From assembly GCA_030586555.1 (NCBI GenBank), contig JAURAC010000006.1, forward strand, positions 80,894-102,591: DNA of 21,698 nucleotides, in the 5' to 3' direction. Both the position numbers and the translations under genes were made by a program. This DNA is from Candidatus Subterrananammoxibius californiae (GTDB lineage: Bacteria > Planctomycetota > Brocadiia > Brocadiales > Subterrananammoxibiaceae). A model generated the notes under the pieces. It had not been told where the DNA came from. It did no database searches and saw only the letters and a list, made by a program, of their open reading frames with translations. Of the stretch, positions 10,202 through 18,112 are shown one piece after another; position 1 is the stretch's first letter; every line of letters starts with the position of its first letter.

Positions 10202-10552
10202 TTAACCCTCCATACCTGTGTTTAACTTAAACTTGACGTCCGTTATGAACGTGTTCTTACACCTTGTTTGTAGCTCCCTTAGAATGTCCTCTTTACAAAA
10301 GTTCTTAAGGTGATGTAGTAGCGATGCAGAGTCTACCTCGGTGTAAAGACACCCCTTTTTTAGCTCTACGACTTGGGTGTGCTTATAATCTTCTTCCCCG
10401 ATGATGTCTCGCCAGTGGCTCAAGATTTCTTTATGCTTGAGGGATTTTGCCAGCCCTACTTCTTTGGCGAGCCCCTTTAGTATGATGTTCAACCTGTAAG
10501 CTCGGTCTCCTTGAAGGTAGAACCTATCAGGCAGTTCCCCCCGGTTCGTCAT
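10202..10552 (-). CDS. dciA: DUF721/DciA family helicase-loading protein
   Basis: W..IIG....HT......G.L..EVDS....H.L pattern; canonical position between dnaN and gyrB. Confidence 0.8.
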   Translation of the reverse strand: MTNRGELPDRFYLQGDRAYRLNIILKGLAKEVGLAKSLKHKEILSHWRDIIGEEDYKHTQVVELKKGCLYTEVDSASLLHHLKNFCKEDILRELQTRCKNTFITDVKFKLNTGMEG

Positions 10553-10578
10553 AGGCGCTCTCCGACTGGGCTTTATGG

Positions 10579-11706
10579 TTATTCCTGCGATAGGTTAATG
10601 GGCATAATCAGGGATAAATACCCTTGTTCGTCCTTGATTACCCCAGCCGTATTGGGTTGTTTTAGTTCCATTGTTATTTTTCCCTTTGTTATAACTCTGA
10701 GTGTGTCAATTATAAAGTCTGGATTGAACCCAATATCGAAAGATTCCCCCGTATATGGAACACTAAGCTCTACTCGAGCCTCTCCCAGATTAGCGGCCTC
10801 CGAACTCAACATTAACTTATCTGGCTCAAATCGGAACCGAATTACCTTGCATTCGCTACTTGTCAGTAGCGCCGCCCGTTTGACTGCGGATAGTAGCCTC
10901 TCTGTCTCAAATTCTACCTTCTTGTCATTGTCACTTGGTATTACTTCATCAACATTTGGGTACTGCCCTTCAATTAAGCGACAACATACAACTGCACGCT
11001 CCGTCTTGGCTAAGAAATATGCATCCTTCAGTTGAACCTTTACCACACCACTGCTATTAACGGATAGTACCTTTAGAAGATGGTTTAGACCCTTTACAGG
11101 TACGATTCCCACCTTAAGCTCTGTAGTGGGCTCTTCTAAGCCCCGCTCAATCCAGGCAAGGCGTCTCCCGTCTGTTGCAACCATCCTTGCTCTGTCCCCC
11201 TTAGCAGTCAACAATACACCCCTTAAGTTCTGATGCGCCCCCTCCACTGCAACAGCATAGGCGGTCTTCCTTATCATCTCTGCTATAACTTCACCGCGAA
11301 CCACGAAGGGTTTACTTTCCTCATCCTCTGCTTCCTCGGCAAAATCAGGTATCGAAGGAAACATCTCCAGGCCGCTACCAAACAGCTTAAAATGACTATC
11401 CTGCCCTACAAGGTGACATATATTTTCTTCAACGGTAAGCTCTATCTTTTCTTCCGCCCACTCTCTAAGAATACTACCAATTCTTGCCCCTGGAACCACT
11501 ACTGAGCCACCATCAAGTACATCTATTCCCTCCTTTGCAAAATATCTTATACCAACCTCCAAATCCGTCGCAGAAAGCTCTAAACCTTGGTCCCCTGCAT
11601 TTATTCTTATATCTTGAAGGATAGGCCTTGTTGCTGTGGATGCTACTACGGCTTCAACAATTTGAACCGCCTCATACAGCTCTTTACGATTGCACTTTAG
11701 TTTCAT
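10579..11706 (-). CDS. dnaN: DNA polymerase III beta sliding clamp
   Basis: RPILQ, SATDLEV, VATDGRRLA, RLIEGQYP, IGFNPDF, LIMPI; 375 aa; downstream of dnaA. Confidence 0.97.
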   Translation of the reverse strand: MKLKCNRKELYEAVQIVEAVVASTATRPILQDIRINAGDQGLELSATDLEVGIRYFAKEGIDVLDGGSVVVPGARIGSILREWAEEKIELTVEENICHLVGQDSHFKLFGSGLEMFPSIPDFAEEAEDEESKPFVVRGEVIAEMIRKTAYAVAVEGAHQNLRGVLLTAKGDRARMVATDGRRLAWIERGLEEPTTELKVGIVPVKGLNHLLKVLSVNSSGVVKVQLKDAYFLAKTERAVVCCRLIEGQYPNVDEVIPSDNDKKVEFETERLLSAVKRAALLTSSECKVIRFRFEPDKLMLSSEAANLGEARVELSVPYTGESFDIGFNPDFIIDTLRVITKGKITMELKQPNTAGVIKDEQGYLSLIMPINLSQE

Positions 11707-12084
11707 AAGTTATCATCCTTATAAAGATATATTGTTAAGACACCATTTTTCACGTTATGATTTTGTCCCGGAGGGGAAGAAATAAGTATACTTTAATATT
11801 ATATTATATCATTTTAAATATCTAAATAAAGATAATTCTTAATATAAATAACAATGTGGATAACTAACAACGAATGTAGGTAACTTATTATGTAATAATA
11901 TATTATAGCTAAACACAATGTGTGGAAACATTGTTAAGTAGTCCTGTACAACATGTAAACTAATGGTAAAGAACCGTTAAGCTTTTAAGACGTCGTATAT
12001 GGCTATTGTTATCGCGTGTTGGTTGTAAGGGCGTATTGTCCACAAGTTATCCACAAGATACTTACGTTGTTGTTAATGAATTTT
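11707..12084. other. Replication origin oriC (dnaA-dnaN intergenic region)
   Basis: Perfect DnaA boxes TGTGGATAA (11855-11863) and TTATCCACA (12047-12055). Near-consensus boxes TTGTCCACA (12036-12044), TGTGGAAAC (11921-11929) and TGTAGGTAA (11875-11883). Very AT-rich DUE-like tract at ~11780-11854 next to dnaN. Confidence 0.85.
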
Positions 12085-13413
12085 CTATTGTTTCTGTAGT
12101 AAATTTTCCATTCTTTGTAATAACTCATTTAAGTTTTGGTCTTTTTCTCGAAGAGAGTGTATCTTTTTATCTGCGTGCATGACGGTTGTATGGTCACGCC
12201 CTCCTAAGTAGCCGCCAATCTCGTTTAAGGACAAGCCGGTAAGCCTTCGTGCAAGGTGCATGGCGATTTGTCTCGGGAAAGAGGCGGATTTTGTCCTTTT
12301 CTTCGACTGGAGGAGAGAAAGCTGTATATTATATCTCGACGTGATAGCCTTAAGAATTTGTTCAATGCTAATTGGGTTTTTTTCCTTAATAAGCTCCGAA
12401 ACGCACTCCTGTGCCAGTTCTAAGGAAATTTTGGAGTTATTAATTGACGCACATTTTACTATCTTTACTATTGCGCCTTCTATTTCGCGAATGCTCGTAG
12501 TAATGCTGTTTGCAAGGAATCGCACGATATCAACGGGTAATTCAACGCCCCAAGCCTCTACCTTTTTCTCAATTATTGCAACCCTCGTTTCATAAGCAGG
12601 CGAGTCAATTTTGCACATTAAACCCCATTTGAATCTTGAAACCAAGCGCTCCTCAAGGGTTGGTATCTCCTCCGGGGTACAATCGCTTGATAGAATAATT
12701 TGTTTCTGGGAATTATACAACGCATTGAATGTATGAAAGAATTCCTCCCGTGTTCGTTGAGAGTGGGATAGGAAGTGGATATCGTCTATAGCAAGGACGT
12801 CAATATCTCGGTAGTGTCGTCGAAAGGACTCCCAATTACCGCTCTTTATCGTCGAGATAAAGTGGTTCATAAAGGCTTCGCAGGGCAAATATACAACCTT
12901 GAGATAGTTCTGCCTTTCGACGAGCGATATACAGATGGCATGGAGGAGATGCGTCTTTCCTAAGCCTGAGGATGCGTGTATAAACAATGGATTATATGCC
13001 TGTCCAGGTGCCTCTGCAACGGCAAGGGATGCAGCATGCGCAAGACGGTTACATGGACCGACTATAAAATTCTCAAAGGTGTACTTCTTATTAAGGTGGC
13101 TGCCAATTATAGAGAGAGCGTTATCCCCAACAGGCACTACGGAAGCAGGCCCTTGCCTGTTTGTGTCATCAACGAAGAATCGCAAATTAGGCACGCCCTG
13201 CGTTACATTTGTTACAGCCTTCTGGATGCGCTCCAAATAGTGCCTCTCCAGCCATTCCTTAAAGAAAATATTCGGGACCCGGATGTCTATATGGTCATTT
13301 GAGTAGGCAAGGAGCGTTAAGCTTGTAAACCACGTTTGAAACTGTTGCGGCGTAACAACCTTTTTGATTTCTTCTAAGACGGCATGCCAGAGAAAGTCTT
13401 CCTGTAATTTCAT
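12085..13413 (-). CDS. dnaA: Chromosomal replication initiator DnaA
   Basis: YTFENF, YNPLFIH..SGLGKTHL, IDDIHF, QIILSSD, RLVSRFKWG, GGRDHTTV. Confidence 0.98.
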   Translation of the reverse strand: MKLQEDFLWHAVLEEIKKVVTPQQFQTWFTSLTLLAYSNDHIDIRVPNIFFKEWLERHYLERIQKAVTNVTQGVPNLRFFVDDTNRQGPASVVPVGDNALSIIGSHLNKKYTFENFIVGPCNRLAHAASLAVAEAPGQAYNPLFIHASSGLGKTHLLHAICISLVERQNYLKVVYLPCEAFMNHFISTIKSGNWESFRRHYRDIDVLAIDDIHFLSHSQRTREEFFHTFNALYNSQKQIILSSDCTPEEIPTLEERLVSRFKWGLMCKIDSPAYETRVAIIEKKVEAWGVELPVDIVRFLANSITTSIREIEGAIVKIVKCASINNSKISLELAQECVSELIKEKNPISIEQILKAITSRYNIQLSLLQSKKRTKSASFPRQIAMHLARRLTGLSLNEIGGYLGGRDHTTVMHADKKIHSLREKDQNLNELLQRMENLLQKQ

Positions 13414-13454
13414 TTGCGCTTCGTACCACTATAGATGGAGATGGAACAGGAAAC

Positions 13455-14867
13455 TTAAACGTCATAATATAGCGTAAACTCATACGGGTGAGGATACAGC
13501 CGAATAGGGTCTACTTCATACTTCCTTTTATGGGATATCCAAGCGTCAATTACATCCTGTGTGAAGACGTCCCCCTTCAATAAGAACTCATGGTTTGCTT
13601 TAAGGGCATCGAGGGCTTCACTGAGCGACTTTGGTGTATATGGAACGTGCGCCAACTCCTCAGGCGGAAGGTCATAAATGTTTTTATCCAAAGGGTCTCC
13701 CGGATCAGTCTTGTTTTGAATGCCATCAATTGCCGCCATGAGTATAGCTGAAAGCGCAAGGTAGGGATTGCAGGAAGGGTCCGGGCATCTAAATTCAATA
13801 CGCTTGCTCTTTGGATTGGCTGAGTACATAGGTATCCTTATAGCGGCGCTTCGGTTTCTTGAGGAATAAGCAAGGTTCACAGGAGCCTCATGCCCAGGGG
13901 CAAGCCTTCTATATGAATTGGTTGTCGGGCTGGTGAAAGCACACAGGGCGCTGGCATTTCGCAAGATGCCGCCGATTGCGTACATGGCAGTATCACTTAA
14001 ACCAGCATAGCCGTCGCCGGCAAAAAGTGGGGAACCCTTTTTCCATAGAGAGAAGTGGACGTGCATCCCCGAGCCGTTATCTCCATGTAGAGGCTTTGGC
14101 ATAAACGTAGCGCTCTTTTTGTGTTTGCGTGCGACGTTTTTCACTATGTATTTGTAAAGCAAGACCATGTCGGCAGTCCTGACTAAGGAACCGTAGTTAA
14201 AGTTTATCTCAGCTTGACCGGCAGTTGCAACCTCGTGATGCTGGCGTTCAACCTTCATGTTGCATTTTTCCATGGTAAGCAGCATTTCTGAGCGTATGTC
14301 CTGTAATGTATCGGTAGGCGGCACGGGCTGATACCCTTCTTTAAGAGGTATCTTGTATCCAAGGTTTGGGTCTTCTATCCTGCCAGTGTTCCAACACCCT
14401 TCTACGGAGTCAATATAATAAAAACCGTGGTTTATTTTTTGGTCGTAGCGAATGTCGTCAAAGACAAAAAACTCTGCCTCTGGTCCAAAGTGAGCTTCGT
14501 CGGCAAGCCCGGTGGATTTTAGGTAATTCTCTGCTTTCTTAGCAACAGACCGCGGGTCACGAGAGTAGCTTTCTTTAGTTATGGGCTCGGCAACGTCGCA
14601 AACTAACATGAGGGTGGTAACCTCAGTAAAAGGGTCTATAACGGCTGTTGCAGGATCAGGAATTACCAACAAATCGCTTACGTTAATCGCCTGCCAGCCC
14701 TTAATGCTGGAGCCGTCGAACCCGTAGCCATCCTTGAAGGTCTCTTCCGTAAGCTCTCTTAGCGGTACAGAGAAGTGCTGCCATATCCCTAGGAAATCAA
14801 CAAATCTGAAATCAACAATCTTTACCCCTTTTTCTTTGCAAAACTCTAACACGTCCTTTGGTGTCAT
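13455..14867 (-). CDS. glnA: Glutamine synthetase type I (beta-type, adenylylation-site Tyr retained)
   Basis: [57 protein letters not shown]. Confidence 0.98.
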   Translation of the reverse strand: MTPKDVLEFCKEKGVKIVDFRFVDFLGIWQHFSVPLRELTEETFKDGYGFDGSSIKGWQAINVSDLLVIPDPATAVIDPFTEVTTLMLVCDVAEPITKESYSRDPRSVAKKAENYLKSTGLADEAHFGPEAEFFVFDDIRYDQKINHGFYYIDSVEGCWNTGRIEDPNLGYKIPLKEGYQPVPPTDTLQDIRSEMLLTMEKCNMKVERQHHEVATAGQAEINFNYGSLVRTADMVLLYKYIVKNVARKHKKSATFMPKPLHGDNGSGMHVHFSLWKKGSPLFAGDGYAGLSDTAMYAIGGILRNASALCAFTSPTTNSYRRLAPGHEAPVNLAYSSRNRSAAIRIPMYSANPKSKRIEFRCPDPSCNPYLALSAILMAAIDGIQNKTDPGDPLDKNIYDLPPEELAHVPYTPKSLSEALDALKANHEFLLKGDVFTQDVIDAWISHKRKYEVDPIRLYPHPYEFTLYYDV

Positions 14868-14898
14868 AATCTCCTCTTTAACTTTTCAAAAAGGCAAC

Positions 14899-15243
14899 TT
14901 AGATGGCATCAGGACCCTTTTCACCGGTGCGTATGCGTATCACGTCCTCAAGGGGGAGGACAAATATCTTACCGACGCCTCCGCGCTCTTCTGCCTTTTT
15001 CCCAGCCTTCAGGATACAGTCTATCGTCGGTTTCACGAATGCCTCGTTGACGGCTATCTCGATCTTAACCTTTCGCAACGTTTCTACGGTATAATCCTTT
15101 CCTTGAAAGGTCTCTTCTCGACCCTTCTCTTCCCCGAAACCTTCAACATCGCTTACAGTGAGACGCACGACCCCAATTTCGTTGAGGGCTTCCTTTATCG
15201 TCTCCAGGCTCGAAGGCGGTATTATTGCTTCAATTAGTTTCAT
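14899..15243 (-). CDS. glnB: P-II nitrogen regulatory family protein with atypical ligand-binding residues
   Basis: MKLIEAII, GFG..KG, Y51, KVKIEI, GKIFV, IRIRTGE; immediately upstream of glnA. Confidence 0.92.
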   Translation of the reverse strand: MKLIEAIIPPSSLETIKEALNEIGVVRLTVSDVEGFGEEKGREETFQGKDYTVETLRKVKIEIAVNEAFVKPTIDCILKAGKKAEERGGVGKIFVLPLEDVIRIRTGEKGPDAI

Positions 15244-15326
15244 TTGTCAAAGCATGTTCATATGGGTAAGATAGCGGTATCGTCCCTATGGGAAAAAAGA
15301 GTGAACCTGCTATAATTAATTAGGTT

Positions 15327-15354
15327 ATTATACAGCAGATTTGACAAATATCAA
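15327..15354 (-). promoter_or_regulatory. Putative sigma70 promoter of glnB-glnA
   Basis: Minus strand TTGATA (15354-15349)-N16-TATAAT (15332-15327). Confidence 0.5.
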
Positions 15355-15407
15355 GTCCATTTTCAAGCTTCTGTGAGTGGCGGATATATAGATGGAAAGG
15401 AATCGTA

Positions 15408-16169
15408 ATGGTCATTAGTGGTATAGAGGGCTCGTTCCCTATCGAGTTGATAAACTGCTTGAGAACAGCGAAATCTTGTGTAGTGCTAACAGGTGCAGGA
15501 ATTTCCGTAGAGAGCGGCGTTCCTACGTTCCGTGACCCGAAGAATGGCATCTGGGCAACCTTTAATCTCGAAGAACTTGCGACACCGGAAGGGTTCATAA
15601 AAAATCCTAAAAAGGTATGGGAATGGTATCAATATAGAAGGGAAACAATCAAGGGTATTAAACCAAACCCTGGGCATTACGCCCTTGTAGAGTTAGAGAG
15701 TTATTATAAGGATTTCTGGTTGATAACGCAGAATATTGACGGACTGCACGCCCTCGCTGGCAGTAAAAATATTCTGGAACTACATGGAAATATTCATAGA
15801 AACAAATGCTTTAATGAAGGGACGATTGTTAAGGATTTGCCAGAAGGCGACGAATCACCGCCAAGATGCCCGAACTGTCATGGCTTCCTCAGGCCCGATG
15901 TTGTCTGGTTTAACGAGCTTCTGCCGGAGTATGAACTTAGCAAGGCTAACGAGGTTTCTTCTCAGTGCGATATATTTATTTCCGTAGGCACCTCCGCAAT
16001 AGTTTATCCCGCCGCAGATTTACCACTCATTGCAAAAAGGTCAGGCGCTTATGTGATTGAGGTAAATGTGGAAGAAACCGCAATTTCAGCATGCGTTGAT
16101 GTTACCATATTGGGCAAAACAGGTGTTGTACTTCCACGGCTTGTAGAGACATGTAGGGGCAATTCATGA
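15408..16169 (+). CDS. cobB: NAD-dependent protein deacylase, class III sirtuin
   Basis: GAGISVESGVPTFR, YxxR (WYQYR), PNPGH, TQNIDGLH, ELHGNI, RPDVVWF, GTSAIVYPAA. Confidence 0.95.
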   Translation: MVISGIEGSFPIELINCLRTAKSCVVLTGAGISVESGVPTFRDPKNGIWATFNLEELATPEGFIKNPKKVWEWYQYRRETIKGIKPNPGHYALVELESYYKDFWLITQNIDGLHALAGSKNILELHGNIHRNKCFNEGTIVKDLPEGDESPPRCPNCHGFLRPDVVWFNELLPEYELSKANEVSSQCDIFISVGTSAIVYPAADLPLIAKRSGAYVIEVNVEETAISACVDVTILGKTGVVLPRLVETCRGNS

Positions 16170-16180
16170 ATTGCCCCTAC
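16153..16180. repeat. GTAG-family REP palindrome
   Basis: Perfect 28-bp palindrome GTAGGGGCAATTCATGAATTGCCCCTAC; supplies the last codons and TGA stop of cobB. Confidence 0.85.
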
Positions 16181-16181
16181 C

Positions 16182-16218
16182 GTTTCAATCCTTGTTTTAA
16201 TGAAATTGTCTTTTAGAC
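16182..16218 (-). CRISPR. Solitary CRISPR-like repeat (37 bp; no array or cas genes in the window)
   Basis: Minus strand GTCTAAAAGACAATTTCATTAAAACAAGGATTGAAAC. The length, GT start and ATTAAAACAAGGATTGAAAC end are characteristic of Cas6-processed type I-B/III repeats. Single copy only. Confidence 0.7.
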
Positions 16219-16264
16219 AAAAGGCGGAACGACTCGACCGTTGCCTCACCCCTTTTTCACCGCC
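16219..16264 (-). terminator. Weak terminator-like hairpin downstream of the DUF4209 gene
   Basis: Minus strand GGCGG...CCGCC followed by TTTT, with an inner AACGG/TCGTT stem; large interior loop. Confidence 0.3.
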
Positions 16265-16277
16265 GCTATTTTATCTA

Positions 16278-18065
16278 TTATACAGCATCTTTAGTATGGG
16301 AAGCAGTATAACGGGTTAAAAGTATAAAAATATGTAAGATAATATTTGTATTTGACAAGTTGCATTTTTCAAATTCAATAAGCCCGTGCGCAATATCATT
16401 TCTTAAATTAAGACCAAGTTTTTCAACCGATACTAATTTTATATACCAGTGCAAGGTCTCCCCAAAGATTTCTCTTACCTCAGGTCTTTCTAATAACTCT
16501 GATAAATTTGATTCTTGAGTGCTTGTTGTGCCTCGTTCGAAGCTGATTGTTTGTATCCCACCTTTCTTTAATAATGACCTAATCACTGCTTCCAATTGAG
16601 GTACAAGGATGCACATTGAACTTATATAATCTTCAGCGAAATATCTCTCAATGCCATGTTCAATAATTTTCAGGTTATTATCATCAATTAAGCCCCAATT
16701 TTTAAGGTAAAGGATTAAATTATCTTTATTCAAACCCTTTTCTTGTATGAGTCGCTCAATAATTCTATTGATAAGAATAGTCTTAAATTTGATGTGCAGC
16801 ATCGAATTTCTTATTAAAATACTGTAAGAAGGATCTTTATCCACGCTGAGTAAATGCCCCTCTTTGTCTATTACTTGGGTGTTAACCAAGAATTGTAATG
16901 GGTTGGTTGTTTTCATGTCTTCTGTTTGTTTTACTAAATCCTGATAATTAGGTAATAAATCATCAAAAACTAAACGAATTAACGCTTCATTTAGATTAGG
17001 TGCTATCAAAATTATGTCGGTAAGTTTTTCAATTTCTTCATTTGGGATGCGGGTTTCTATTGAGACCCGTTTAAATCCTTTAACAGACTTTTTATTAGCT
17101 TCTGTAAGTTTATTTTTATAGAGATTGATTTTTTCTCTATCTCCAAGTTGTTGGTAAATCTTAAGAGCGTCTTGATAAATAATAGCCGCAGCTAAAAAAT
17201 CATTTTTTTCCTCACGAAACAACGCCTCATCAACAAATGATTGTGCCCTTCTTTCCCTCGTCATACGAAATAAATCAGCATGACTATAAATCGAATTTAA
17301 CTTTTCCTCAATTTCTAAAAAAGACCGTTCTAAATAGAAATTCTGTGCCTTTCTAAAATGTTGAGCGCATTGTTGGGAGATACTCAAGGCTTTGTTGTAT
17401 TCATCATCTATAGTTCTTTCCTTCTTTATATGAGTAAAGGCATCTAAAAGTTCTAAACAAAACCTATGGTGGCCATCTTTTATCATCTTATCTAAATAAT
17501 CAAAAAGTTTTTCTTTTATTATTCTGAACTTTGCATCATTAACAACCTTTAACATCGAAAGGTAAATTATTCTATAAAAGGCGTCTGCGAGCCTAAAGAA
17601 CCATGTTTTTTGATAATAGTCTTCAAGTAATTCTAAGTAACAATCTACTGCTACTTTTCCAAAAGAGGGATCTTTCTTTATTTCCCAGACAAAATCACTA
17701 TACCTGGCTTTTAAAACGGTATTCTTTGTTTCATGAGTTCTTTTCTTAAAGTATTCAATTGAGTCGTCTTTGAAATCTGTTATTTCAGGGACATTTATGG
17801 TTTTTCCATTCTCTGTGACAAAGGTTGCCTTAGGATAAAATCTTTTATCTTTTTCTGGCTTTCCAGCCTCAGTATCTGTCATAAAATCAAACAGTTGATG
17901 TTCCCATATTAATTTTTGCTCTGTCTCTTTGTCTTCTATCTCTTTAGCCCTACCAATAGCAGGAGCAATTGTTCGTGAGATTTGATGAAGGTGTTCAAAA
18001 TTTTGTGCAGTGTCTTCAATATCCCGAACAATTTCTAATATTTTTTCGTCTTTAATGTCTAACAT
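16278..18065 (-). CDS. DUF4209-type HEPN domain protein with large helical N-terminal region
   Basis: C-terminal LVPQLEAVIR...GLNLRNDIAHG carrying the HEPN R-x4-H motif; LKARYSDFVW in the N-terminal part; markedly more AT-rich than its neighbours. Confidence 0.8.
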   Translation of the reverse strand: MLDIKDEKILEIVRDIEDTAQNFEHLHQISRTIAPAIGRAKEIEDKETEQKLIWEHQLFDFMTDTEAGKPEKDKRFYPKATFVTENGKTINVPEITDFKDDSIEYFKKRTHETKNTVLKARYSDFVWEIKKDPSFGKVAVDCYLELLEDYYQKTWFFRLADAFYRIIYLSMLKVVNDAKFRIIKEKLFDYLDKMIKDGHHRFCLELLDAFTHIKKERTIDDEYNKALSISQQCAQHFRKAQNFYLERSFLEIEEKLNSIYSHADLFRMTRERRAQSFVDEALFREEKNDFLAAAIIYQDALKIYQQLGDREKINLYKNKLTEANKKSVKGFKRVSIETRIPNEEIEKLTDIILIAPNLNEALIRLVFDDLLPNYQDLVKQTEDMKTTNPLQFLVNTQVIDKEGHLLSVDKDPSYSILIRNSMLHIKFKTILINRIIERLIQEKGLNKDNLILYLKNWGLIDDNNLKIIEHGIERYFAEDYISSMCILVPQLEAVIRSLLKKGGIQTISFERGTTSTQESNLSELLERPEVREIFGETLHWYIKLVSVEKLGLNLRNDIAHGLIEFEKCNLSNTNIILHIFILLTRYTASHTKDAV

Positions 18066-18112
18066 ACTTGTTTATGCGAGTGCATATTATGTCTGAGTTG
18101 CTTACCATATTT

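Noticed and set aside
10202..10578. recF expected between dnaN and gyrB
   Set aside because: Only the DUF721 gene fits; no RecF remnant is visible. Absence at this position is common.
13121..13692. One-mismatch DnaA boxes TTATCCCCA (13121-13129) and TTATCCAAA (13684-13692)
   Set aside because: Isolated, within coding sequence and expected by chance.
15244..15407. Sigma54/NtrC promoter for glnB-glnA
   Set aside because: No TGGCAC-N5-TTGC or NtrC-type site found on the minus strand.
16182..16277. A true CRISPR array
   Set aside because: Only one repeat; no second copy at spacer distance on either side. The other GTTTCAA matches in the window (e.g. ~602, ~2245) do not extend.
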